Shown: one piece after another, positions 56,319 to 63,608 of the stretch | How the letters are laid out: the number at the start of each line of letters is the position of its first letter | How positions within the stretch are numbered: the first letter of the stretch is position 1 | Virus record (IMG/VR): IMGVR_UViG_3300036761_003779 | Coordinates: 41,879-105,878 of that record | Source: a virus | Length of the DNA stretch: 64,000 nucleotides | Reading direction: 5' to 3' (one strand) | Made by a program: the position numbers and the translations under genes | The notes under the pieces: model-generated | Told to the model about the DNA's origin: nothing | Databases searched by the model: none | What the model saw: only the letters and a program-made list of their open reading frames with translations

Positions 56319-56518
56319 CTTCCTCCCTCCTCCTCCCGCTTCCGGCGGGCAGCGGGGCAGCGCAGGCAGCGCTCGTAGAGGCTCATCACGTCCAGCCCGG
56401 GCTCGACGCCCGCCGGGCAGGGCTCCCGGACGAGGTACTCCTGACCCTGGCCGCCCGAGACGAGGAGCCGGGCGCCGCAGTGGAAGACCGCTCGGCCGTC
56501 CCAGACGTGCTTGCCCAT
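56315..56518 (-). CDS. Small hypothetical protein
   Basis: 67 aa, Cys-rich C-terminus. Confidence 0.5.
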   Translation of the reverse strand: MGKHVWDGRAVFHCGARLLVSGGQGQEYLVREPCPAGVEPGLDVMSLYERCLRCPAARRKREEEGGR

Positions 56519-56586
56519 GCCTCGCCCTAGTCGAGCCTGAGCTCAGTTCGGGGGTGCGCCGGTCGGCGCGAGGTTGAAGGCGTCCG

Positions 56587-56922
56587 TCACGACCGGGGAG
56601 CCGTCCGGCATGACGCCCGCGAGGACGCGCCCGCTCGGGACGCCCGCGAGCCGGAGGACCGCGGCGCAGTGCCCGCAGGCGGGGAGGAAGCCGGGCGGCC
56701 CGACGAAGACGGCGCAGGGGGCTCCGTGGAGGTGGAAGGCCCGCCCGCAGACGGGGCAAGGAGCAGGACAATCGTCAGGCAGTGGAACGCGCTGTCCGAC
56801 GACAGGCGGACCTCCGCCCGCCTTGGCTCCCAGCCGGGGTTTGCGCGCAGCCAGGCGGTCACGCGCTCCCCGAGCGCCTCCCGCTCCCGCGCCCTCGTTG
56901 CGCTGAAGACCCGCACGACCAT
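56587..56922 (-). CDS. Homologue of a small conserved myxobacterial hypothetical protein
   Basis: VRVFSATRARERE.LGERVT.WL..SSDSAFHCLTIVL; family recalled from memory; GGAGG SD. Confidence 0.6.
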   Translation of the reverse strand: MVVRVFSATRAREREALGERVTAWLRANPGWEPRRAEVRLSSDSAFHCLTIVLLLAPSAGGPSTSTEPPAPSSSGRPASSPPAGTAPRSSGSRASRAGASSRASCRTAPRS

Positions 56923-56940
56923 TGCCCGCCTCCTTCCTCT

Positions 56941-57090
56941 TCACGCGGCCTCCCTCAGGACCCGCTCGGCCCGCTTCCTCAGTCCGGCGACCGCCCAGGG
57001 CCAGGCGTACAGATACTCCCTGCCGGCCAGCATCGCGCCGAAGGCGTCCCGCGTCCAGACGTGCCCGCCCGGCCAGGAGGGTCCGCTCAT
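56941..57090 (-). CDS. Small hypothetical protein
   Basis: MSGPSWPGG; start uncertain. Confidence 0.4.
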   Translation of the reverse strand: MSGPSWPGGHVWTRDAFGAMLAGREYLYAWPWAVAGLRKRAERVLREAA

Positions 57091-57185
57091 CGGTCGTACC
57101 TGTCCTCGGGTGGGTCCGGGTGGTCCCCGATCTCCTCGGCGGTCTGCGGCGCCCGCTCCCGGTCCCAGGCGTTCAGGAGAGAACA

Positions 57186-57314
57186 TCACTCCCTCCATAA
57201 TCGAGAACGAGCTGAGCGAAAGTCCGCCGCGCGGACCAGGTAGACGAACCAGGCGGTCCCCTGGGTGATCAGGAGGACGTCCCCGGCCCGCGCCGCCGTG
57301 ATGATCTCGCTCAT
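57186..57314 (-). CDS. Small hypothetical protein
   Basis: MSEIITAA, ATGA overlap with the exonuclease stop. Confidence 0.4.
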   Translation of the reverse strand: MSEIITAARAGDVLLITQGTAWFVYLVRAADFRSARSRLWRE

Positions 57315-58183
57315 TCCCACTCCCGCAGCCGCGCGCCTAGGAGCCGGAGCCCCGAGGCGGAGAAGAAGGTCCGCGCCTCCGCCAGGTCCAGGCGCCCGAT
57401 GTTGGCGTGGATCGGGACCTCGTGGAGGGAGACCAGCCAGCGCATCAGCTCGAGCCGCTCCCGCGCGCCCGGCTCGAGGAGCTTCAGGAAGGAGGTCCGG
57501 ACCCGCGGCTCGAGGGAGAGGATCCGCTCCGTCGAGTAGATCGAGCCCTCCAGGTGGTCCATCCTCACGCCGTTGACGAGGTCCTCGACCAGACTCGAGC
57601 GCCACTCCACGAGCGCCGTGGCCGTCTTCTCCCCGATCCCCGGCATCCCGGGCACGCCGTCCCCGGAGTCGCCCGCCAGCGCCTTCCAGTCCCGGTAGAC
57701 GTGCGGGGAGAAGCCGAGGAACTTCTCCGCGCCCTGCTCCCCGAGGAGGTGCTCCTTCGAGCCCACCTTCAGGAGGACGACCACGCGCCCGTCCACGAGC
57801 TGGATCATGTCCCGGTCCCGCGTCAGGACGAGGACCTTCCCCGGAGCGGCCCGCGCCATCGTCCCCAGGACGTCGTCCGCCTCCCAGCCCGGGCTCCACG
57901 CCTGGTGGACGCCGAGGAGCGGGAGGAGGGAGCGCAGCTCCGCCGCCTGCTCCTCGTAGTCGCTCCCGCCAAAGCCCCCGTGCTCGCGGTTCGCCTTGTA
58001 CTCCGGGAACCGCGCCCGGCGCCCGGAGACGTTGTCCCGCGCGTCCCAGGCCACCGTGATGGGGCGCCCGCGCTCCTCCTCGTGGAGCTTGAAGACCCGG
58101 AGGAGGAAGCGGTGGCAGAGCGCCGCCTGCCCGGGCACGAAGGCCGCCTTGGCAAAGCCGGAGCCGTCGATGAGTACGGTCAA
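57311..58183 (-). CDS. 5'-3' exonuclease / flap endonuclease (PolI N-terminal-like)
   Basis: LIDG, RFPEYKANR, EADDVLGT, TRDRDMIQLV, ALAGDSGDGVPGMPGIGEKTA. Confidence 0.93.
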   Translation of the reverse strand: MTVLIDGSGFAKAAFVPGQAALCHRFLLRVFKLHEEERGRPITVAWDARDNVSGRRARFPEYKANREHGGFGGSDYEEQAAELRSLLPLLGVHQAWSPGWEADDVLGTMARAAPGKVLVLTRDRDMIQLVDGRVVVLLKVGSKEHLLGEQGAEKFLGFSPHVYRDWKALAGDSGDGVPGMPGIGEKTATALVEWRSSLVEDLVNGVRMDHLEGSIYSTERILSLEPRVRTSFLKLLEPGARERLELMRWLVSLHEVPIHANIGRLDLAEARTFFSASGLRLLGARLREWE

Positions 58184-58338
58184 TCTCGCCTCCTCCCGGT
58201 CCAGTAGACGTGGATGACGAGCCCGGGGAGCGGGCAGACCCAGACCTCGAGCCGCCGGACGCCCCAGGGGTCCGGCCGCCGGTCCCAGAACAGGCCAACC
58301 CAGAGGTCCCGCGGCTCGAGCTTCACCTCGACCCGCAT
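58180..58338 (-). CDS. Small conserved phage protein
   Basis: EPRDLWVGLFWD..VWVCPLPGLVI. Confidence 0.6.
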   Translation of the reverse strand: MRVEVKLEPRDLWVGLFWDRRPDPWGVRRLEVWVCPLPGLVIHVYWTGRRRD

Positions 58339-58670
58339 CGCGCCCTCTCGAACCGCCGCGCCCGGCGCGCCGCCCAGGCGACCGCCGCGGCGAAGGTCGT
58401 GTCCCGCTCCGCGTCCCGGTCCCAGCTCCGGGCGCACGCGGCGCAGAAGAGCATCCCGGAGCGCGGCCGCTCCGCGCAGACCAGGCAGGAGAGGTCGAGC
58501 CGCTTCCGCCGCTCCCTGGGCCCGTGGGTCTCCTCCGTCCCGTCCCCGCTCCCGGCCTCCCCGCACTTCTCGCACATCCAGCGGTAGCGCCGGCGGCCGC
58601 GGACCTCCCGGAAGACCCGCTCCCCGGCCAGGACCTCGTAGGCGAGCCGCCCGCCGCATGGCTTCCTCAC
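58323..58670 (-). CDS. Zn-finger hypothetical protein
   Basis: CEKC, CLVC and CAAC; GTGA overlap. Confidence 0.5.
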   Translation of the reverse strand: MRKPCGGRLAYEVLAGERVFREVRGRRRYRWMCEKCGEAGSGDGTEETHGPRERRKRLDLSCLVCAERPRSGMLFCAACARSWDRDAERDTTFAAAVAWAARRARRFERARCGSR

Positions 58671-59452
58671 GGCATCTCCTCCCCGGAGTGCGTCCGGAGC
58701 CCCTCCAGAACAACCGGGCAGACCTCCCGGAAGTGCTCGAGGACCTCCCGGACGCACTTCTTGATCTGCCACTGGGCGTGCTTGTCCAGGCGCATCCGGA
58801 AGACGTGCCGCCACTCCCGGAGGTTGAAGGTGGTGTACACCTCCGTCTTGGTGGCGTTCGGGAGGACCTCCCGCGCGTCCTCCGCCGGTATTCCGTCCTC
58901 CCGCAGGGCCATGTAGGTGCTGTACGCCAGGAGGGCGTCCCAGCAGAAGCGGAACAGCGGCGTGTCCGCCACGAGGTGCTCCGAGACCGGCTGGGAGGGG
59001 TGGGAGACGTCCACGACGGCGTGTCCGCCGGTGTCCAGGATCCGGACCACGCTCCCGGGCATGGGCGTCCCGATGGAGGGCGGGACGACGACCTTCAGCC
59101 GCGCCTTCCCCTCCTCCCCCGCGTAGTCGCAGAACCGCTGGGACTCCTGAGTGTAGGCGGCAATCCGGTGCCGGACGAGCTGGTGGGACATCGAGCGGCT
59201 CCCGATGAGGCAGGCCGTGAAGGAGGCGTGCTCGAGGATGCTCTCGTGCCCCCACTCGATGGCCACCTTCCGGACGAAGGGCTCCGCGCTCCCCGGCCGG
59301 ATCCGCCCCTCGCTCTTGTGGGAGACCCGGCCGCACTCCTCAACGAGCCGGAGCGCCCTTGCGGCCCACTCCGGGTCCTCCCGCGCCGTCACCAGCTCCG
59401 CGTGAGGCTCGACGACCTCCAGCTCGACCGCCTTCATCCACATTGTGCTCAT
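58667..59452 (-). CDS. thyX: FAD-dependent thymidylate synthase
   Basis: GHESILEH, SHQLVRHRIAAYTQESQR, EDAREVLP, NLREWRH, AQWQI. Confidence 0.95.
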   Translation of the reverse strand: MSTMWMKAVELEVVEPHAELVTAREDPEWAARALRLVEECGRVSHKSEGRIRPGSAEPFVRKVAIEWGHESILEHASFTACLIGSRSMSHQLVRHRIAAYTQESQRFCDYAGEEGKARLKVVVPPSIGTPMPGSVVRILDTGGHAVVDVSHPSQPVSEHLVADTPLFRFCWDALLAYSTYMALREDGIPAEDAREVLPNATKTEVYTTFNLREWRHVFRMRLDKHAQWQIKKCVREVLEHFREVCPVVLEGLRTHSGEEMP

Positions 59453-59675
59453 CCGCGTTCCCGCCTTTCCGCCGCACGAGCCGCCGGAGGTACCAGAGCG
59501 CCTTCTCCAGGTCCTTCAGCTCCGCCTCCCCGCCCTTCCGGCCCGCGCGCGCCACGTACTTGACCACGTTCCCCGCGTGGAAGCCCAGCTCCCACGCCTC
59601 GATGGCGTCGATGACCTCGATCCCGCCCAGGCAGTAGTGGGAGGGGTGGTCGATCTCCCTGCGGTTCACTTCCAT
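59340..59675 (-). CDS. DUF3310 (SaV-like) protein
   Basis: IDHPSHY..IEVIDAI..GFHAGNVVKYVARAGRK..DLEKALWYL. Confidence 0.85.
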   Translation of the reverse strand: MEVNRREIDHPSHYCLGGIEVIDAIEAWELGFHAGNVVKYVARAGRKGGEAELKDLEKALWYLRRLVRRKGGNADEHNVDEGGRAGGRRASRGAGDGAGGPGVGRKGAPAR

Positions 59676-60346
59676 CCGAGCGCCTCCCGGACGTCCAGGC
59701 GCTCGACCTGGACCCCGTTCCGCTTGAGGATCTTCATGGCGTCCCCCGATAACCCGTAGCGGCTGTCGTAGGGCTCCGCAAAGACCACGCGCGCCACCCG
59801 GACCCGGAGGAACCGCTTGGCGCAGTCCCAGCAGGCGCCCGCCGTCGTGTAGACCGTCGCGCCCGCCGGCGTCGTCCCGTCCAGCGCGCACTGCAGCAGG
59901 GCGTTCTCCTCCGCGTGGAGGGTCCGGACGCAGTGCTCGCCCCGGATGAGGTGCCCGCCGCTCAGCTCACCGCCGCACTTGGGGCACTTCCCGGCCTGGA
60001 TCTCCGCCTTCCCGAAGCCCCGCTCGTCCGTCCCCTCCGGGAAGCCCCCGGACCAGTCCGCGTCGCAGCCCAGACACCTCAGCTCGAAGCAGTGCGGCTC
60101 CCCGGGCGGGCTCCCGTTGTAGCCCCCGGCGATGATGCGGTGCTCCCGGACCAGGACCGCGCCCACGCCGTGCCGCCCGGCGTCCAGGAGCAGCTCCGGC
60201 CCCCGGTCGCAGGTCGAGCGGGTGGCCGCCAGGTGGGCGTGGAGCATGAAGAAATACGGCCAGTCGAGCCTTGGAATCCTCAGACGACTCGGCTGTACGC
60301 CTTTCCTAACAGGATCGCGCGAACTGTACGAACGGAAACGCTCCAT
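59666..60346 (-). CDS. dCMP deaminase with inserted Zn ribbon; 5' end supplied by the HNH insert
   Basis: [42 protein letters not shown]; start codon uncertain (60346 or 60248). Confidence 0.88.
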   Translation of the reverse strand: MERFRSYSSRDPVRKGVQPSRLRIPRLDWPYFFMLHAHLAATRSTCDRGPELLLDAGRHGVGAVLVREHRIIAGGYNGSPPGEPHCFELRCLGCDADWSGGFPEGTDERGFGKAEIQAGKCPKCGGELSGGHLIRGEHCVRTLHAEENALLQCALDGTTPAGATVYTTAGACWDCAKRFLRVRVARVVFAEPYDSRYGLSGDAMKILKRNGVQVERLDVREALGWK

Positions 60347-60894
60347 TCTCGAGCCAACTTTCTATGAGATGTTGCACCCAGCGCGTAGGACGCGCGGATC
60401 TCTCGAACCGCCTCATCCGTCAACTTCCGGAGACTCTTCCTCTGGTCCGCGCTGTAGTGCCGCTCCCCGCGCGGGACCTTCTCCGGTGACGTCTGGGTAT
60501 AGTGCCGCTCCCCGCGCGGGACCTTCTCCGGGCGTACACGGGAGTAGTGGACGTCCCCGCGCGGGACCTTCTCCGGGTTCCGCCGCGTCCAATGGGCGTC
60601 CCCGCTCGGGTAGAGCCCCTTTGCCGCGGCGTCCGCGCAGTTGTCCACGTGGGTCCCAAGGAAGAGATGACCCGGGTTCACGCAGCGCTTGTTGTCACAT
60701 GAGTGAAGAACGAACGCCCCCTTCGAGATCTCCCCGCGGGAGAGGATCCAGGCCACGCGGTGGGCGCCCTCCAGCACTCCCCGGAATGCAAACTTCCCGT
60801 AGCCGCTCCGGAAGATAGCCGCCGTCCAGTTCCAGCACTCCGCCTCCCCGCCACGGATGTACTTCTCGTCGAACCTGGCTTGGAGCGTCTTCAC
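60280..60894 (-). CDS. HNH homing endonuclease (HNH_3 type) with tandem repeats and C-terminal HTH
   Basis: [40 protein letters not shown]; [23 protein letters not shown]. Confidence 0.93.
   Translation of the reverse strand: MKTLQARFDEKYIRGGEAECWNWTAAIFRSGYGKFAFRGVLEGAHRVAWILSRGEISKGAFVLHSCDNKRCVNPGHLFLGTHVDNCADAAAKGLYPSGDAHWTRRNPEKVPRGDVHYSRVRPEKVPRGERHYTQTSPEKVPRGERHYSADQRKSLRKLTDEAVREIRASYALGATSHRKLAREWSVSVRTVRAILLGKAYSRVV
60455..60609. repeat. 45-bp tandem repeat (PEKVPRG(E/D)xHY), three units plus a partial
   Basis: Units start at 60455, 60500 and 60545, partial at 60590; core TCCCCGCGCGGGACCTTCTCCGG. Confidence 0.9.
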
Positions 60895-61043
60895 CTCCGC
60901 CCCTCCATCTCCCGCCGGAGTAGCTCCCGGACGAACTCAGACTTTGTACAGCCTAGCCGCTCGCACTCCTCCTCGAGCCACTTCATCAGAACCGGGGGGA
61001 GCCACGCAAATAGCTTCTCGATGTTCTTCTTTGGTCTTGTCAT
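60891..61043 (-). CDS. Ribbon-helix-helix (CopG-like) repressor, leaderless
   Basis: [46 protein letters not shown]; GTGA coupling to the HNH gene. Confidence 0.85.
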   Translation of the reverse strand: MTRPKKNIEKLFAWLPPVLMKWLEEECERLGCTKSEFVRELLRREMEGRR

Positions 61044-61078
61044 GAACCTATTATAGATACCTAGACAGGTTCTGTAAA
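61044..61078 (-). promoter_or_regulatory. Near-consensus sigma70 promoter TTTACA-N17-TATAAT with GAACCT/AGGTTC inverted operator
   Basis: -35 at 61073-61078, -10 at 61050-61055, ATG 6 nt later; inverted arms at 61044-61049 and 61067-61072. Confidence 0.85.
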
Positions 61079-61100
61079 GAAACGGAAGACGTTCATCTTC
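61076..61100 (-). terminator. Possible weak intrinsic terminator at the upstream edge of the insert
   Basis: GAAGAU-GAAC-GUCUUC hairpin followed by CGUUUCUUU. Confidence 0.4.
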
Positions 61101-61106
61101 AGAGGG

Positions 61107-61286
61107 CAGTCGCGGAACCCGGAGCCGCGCCTCCTCCCGCCCGCGCCTCCGCGCCTCGTCCAGGGCCAGCCGGACGGACTCCACGCTCCCGAGGTTGACC
61201 ATCAGGGTCCAGGGCGCCTCCGGTTTGGACGCCCCGCGCATGTTCGCGCCCGTCCGCGGGTCGTCCGAGAAGTCGGTTTCGCTCAT
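61107..61286 (-). pseudogene. Displaced original N-terminus of the dCMP deaminase, reading in frame into the RHH gene
   Basis: MSETDFSDD...EEARLRVPRL, then AT-rich promoter DNA with no stop. Confidence 0.55.
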
Positions 61287-61831
61287 TCCACGTCCTCCAC
61301 GACGTTGTCCGCGGTTGCCGCGGCGCGCCAGATCTCCAGGTCCAGCCCCCGAGGGGTCTTCCCGGCCGCCTCCGCCTCCCGCAGGTAGATGGCCTCCAGC
61401 GCCCCGTAGAGGCGCCCGGAACCTGGTGGGGTACTAGGAGTCGGGTGCCCGCGCTCACGTAACCAGCGGAGCACGTGGCGGTCCAGGACAGCGTATTTCT
61501 CCCACGGCCGGGTCCAGGTCACGAAGAAGCGGCTCGTCTTGGGCCCAATCCCCGGGATCCGCTCCAGCTCCTCCGGGGTGACCGCGAAGAGGTCCAGCCC
61601 CGCCTCCCGGAGCGCCCGGCACGCGGCCTCCAGCTTCCCGTAGTTGCCCGTGCGGGCGGCCCGGAGGAAGGGTCCCGGCTCCCCGACCCCGAGGAACAGG
61701 ATGGGGATCCGGAGGCAGCCGCGCGGGATGACCTCCTGGAGCCGCTTGACCGCCCCGTTGGCGAACCGCGCGGACTTCCCGGCCACGACAAGGGCGTAGA
61801 CCAGCCGCCACTCGAGCTGAGCGCGGGTCAC
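61283..61831 (-). CDS. HhH-GPD / Ogg-like N-glycosylase/DNA lyase
   Basis: LERIPGIGPKTSRFF, YAVLDRHVLRWL, YGALE, LDLEIW. Confidence 0.8.
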   Translation of the reverse strand: MTRAQLEWRLVYALVVAGKSARFANGAVKRLQEVIPRGCLRIPILFLGVGEPGPFLRAARTGNYGKLEAACRALREAGLDLFAVTPEELERIPGIGPKTSRFFVTWTRPWEKYAVLDRHVLRWLRERGHPTPSTPPGSGRLYGALEAIYLREAEAAGKTPRGLDLEIWRAAATADNVVEDVE

Positions 61832-62046
61832 CGGCACCTGCCCCTCCGGCAGTCCCGGGAGGCGCACTCCCGGTCTTGCCGGCAAACCGCGCCCGGCGCC
61901 CAGCCCCTCGGCGCCTCGCAGCGTCCGCGCCGACAGTCCCGGGAGGCGCACTCCCGGCGGTGCTCGCAGGGCGCGCCGGCGGGCTTCTCCCAGGCGAGCC
62001 CGGGAGCGGGGAGGAGGAGCAGCGCGGCGAGGAGGGCCGGCCTCAC
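61828..62046 (-). CDS. Small secreted Cys-rich two-repeat protein
   Basis: Signal-like RPALLAALLLLPAPGLA; two G..C....EC.SRDCRRGRC units; exact 24-bp repeat at 61850-61873 and 61934-61957. Confidence 0.7.
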   Translation of the reverse strand: MRPALLAALLLLPAPGLAWEKPAGAPCEHRRECASRDCRRGRCEAPRGWAPGAVCRQDRECASRDCRRGRCR

Positions 62047-62315
62047 GGCCGCGCCTCCCCCCGCTTCCGGGCGTTCATGGCGGCCCGGCACTCGTGGCAG
62101 TTCGGCTGAAGGTCGATCACGCCGTCCCCCATGTGCCGGAGCCCAACGCGCCCGACCGCCTTGGGGCGCCGGCAGCCCTGGCAGTAGACCTTCACGCGCG
62201 CCTCCGTCCCGCCGCCCGGGGTCTCCCGGAAGGTCTCCAGGAAGCGCAGGGAGATCTCGACGTCCCCGACGTGGATGCTGGTCCCCTCGACCCGGATCTC
62301 CGGTTTTCTACTCAT
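62043..62315 (-). CDS. Zn-finger hypothetical protein
   Basis: CQGC..CHEC. Confidence 0.55.
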   Translation of the reverse strand: MSRKPEIRVEGTSIHVGDVEISLRFLETFRETPGGGTEARVKVYCQGCRRPKAVGRVGLRHMGDGVIDLQPNCHECRAAMNARKRGEARP

Positions 62316-62793
62316 CCTTGTCCTCCTCCGGCTCGAACTCGGCCGCGACCCACGCGCAGTCCTCCTGGATGCCCTCGAGGCGCCCCAGCGTCCCGGGGAG
62401 GCGGTCCTCCCCGTCCTCATGCCTCCGGACCGCCCGGGCCATCTCCGCGTGCGCGAAGGTCCCGAGGGTGGCCCCGAAGACCAGCGCGCGCTCCCCCATC
62501 ACGCGGCACGTCAGGCGCGCCGCCTGGACCGTCTCGTGCTCCTCCGCGGTGAGCGCCGGGTTCACCTCGCGGACCTTCTCCGCCGCCCGGAGGAGGCTGC
62601 GGCAGGCCGCCACGAAGGTCCGGAGCGGGCTGTCCTCCGGCCCGCGCGCCACCACGGCCACCGGGATCCGATCCGGCCCGGTGACCACGGAGCACTCGAC
62701 CGCCCAGCCGTCCGCCTTGAGGTCCTTCACCAGCTCCCGCATCGCCGCCAGCTCCGCCGGCGTGAACGCGGACTCGGGCATCTTGTCAGTCAT
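62308..62793 (-). CDS. Hypothetical protein
   Basis: 161 aa, GGAGGAG SD. Confidence 0.6.
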   Translation of the reverse strand: MTDKMPESAFTPAELAAMRELVKDLKADGWAVECSVVTGPDRIPVAVVARGPEDSPLRTFVAACRSLLRAAEKVREVNPALTAEEHETVQAARLTCRVMGERALVFGATLGTFAHAEMARAVRRHEDGEDRLPGTLGRLEGIQEDCAWVAAEFEPEEDKDE

Positions 62794-63037
62794 CGCTCCT
62801 CCACTCGGCCAGGCGCCGCTCGAGGTCGTCCCGCTCGTCCCGGAGCGCCCGGTGGAGCGTGCCCGCCATGACCAGGTCCCGGACCAGGTTGACCACGCAG
62901 ACCGCGGAGACGTCGTCCCCGCGCGTCCGCGCCTCCCGGAGGAGGTGCTTGAGCCGGTTCCGCGCCTGCGCCGCGCGCTCCGCCGGGAGGAGGTCCGCCA
63001 GGATGATGTCCGAAATTGAGTTGGGGTCTTCCGCCAT
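62786..63037 (-). CDS. Hypothetical protein
   Basis: 83 aa, operon packing. Confidence 0.55.
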   Translation of the reverse strand: MAEDPNSISDIILADLLPAERAAQARNRLKHLLREARTRGDDVSAVCVVNLVRDLVMAGTLHRALRDERDDLERRLAEWRSDD

Positions 63038-63065
63038 GCTCAGGGGTAGGCGGAGATGAGCGGAC

Positions 63066-63608
63066 TCAGCCGCAGCCGGTCGTCGTCCCGCAGGTGAGGG
63101 CGTTCGAGACGTGCTTCCAGATCTGCCGATTGGCTATCCGGTCCACCGTCCGCCGATTGATCCCCACGGACTCCGCGATAACGCGCCGCGACTCAGAAGG
63201 AAGGCGGAGGAGAACCTCCCGCACGCGGTCCTCGCTCATCTTCGAGGCCCCATTCCGCTCCCCATGCGCCGCCCGCTCCGGATGGAGCCGGAGTCCGTGA
63301 CGTTCCCCGCGGACGTGGACCTGCCTCCCCTTGGCCACGCAGTCCCGGACGTTCTCCGCGTGGGTCCCCGGGATCAAGTGGCTCGGGTTGCAGCACGGTG
63401 GGTTGTCACACGTATGGCGGACCGCCTCCGCGTCCGTCGGTCCGAAGGTCAGTTCGTAGGCCATGCGGTGGGCGCCAACCTCCCGCCCGTCCCGGAAGAC
63501 CCGCCCATATCCCTTCTTGCTCCGCAGTGCGGTCCAGAGCCAGCAGGCGTCCGGTCCCCCGCTCCGGTCCACGCGGCTCCAGAAGTCCGAGTTGGGTCTC
63601 CTACGCAT
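63066..63608 (-). CDS. HNH homing endonuclease (HNH_3 type) ending in the captured RNR C-terminus
   Basis: DACWLWT..GYG..AHRMAY..VRHTCDNPPCCNPSHLIPGTHAEN; start is the TAATG overlap with the RNR stop; ends LTCGTTTGCG. Confidence 0.93.
   Translation of the reverse strand: MRRRPNSDFWSRVDRSGGPDACWLWTALRSKKGYGRVFRDGREVGAHRMAYELTFGPTDAEAVRHTCDNPPCCNPSHLIPGTHAENVRDCVAKGRQVHVRGERHGLRLHPERAAHGERNGASKMSEDRVREVLLRLPSESRRVIAESVGINRRTVDRIANRQIWKHVSNALTCGTTTGCG

Larger units (their letters stand above)
60266..61106 (-). mobile_element. RHH-HNH cassette inserted in the dCMP deaminase 5' region
   Basis: AT-richer block flanked by peptide-level duplication RLRVPRL (61107-61127) and RLRIPRL (60266-60286). 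Confidence 0.75.

Noticed and set aside
60301-60307. A GGA AAG as a -1 slip from the HNH into the deaminase frame
   Set aside because: Imperfect slippery heptamer; in-frame ATGs offer a simpler start.
60455-60609. CRISPR-like array
   Set aside because: The 45-bp period is in frame inside a coding sequence, and the would-be spacers are short and similar to each other; no cas genes.
60266-61106. Group I intron or intein explanation for the HNH inserts
   Set aside because: The inserts are fully occupied by ORFs and a promoter, with no space for a ribozyme core; stop codons, frame changes and absent intein termini argue against protein splicing.
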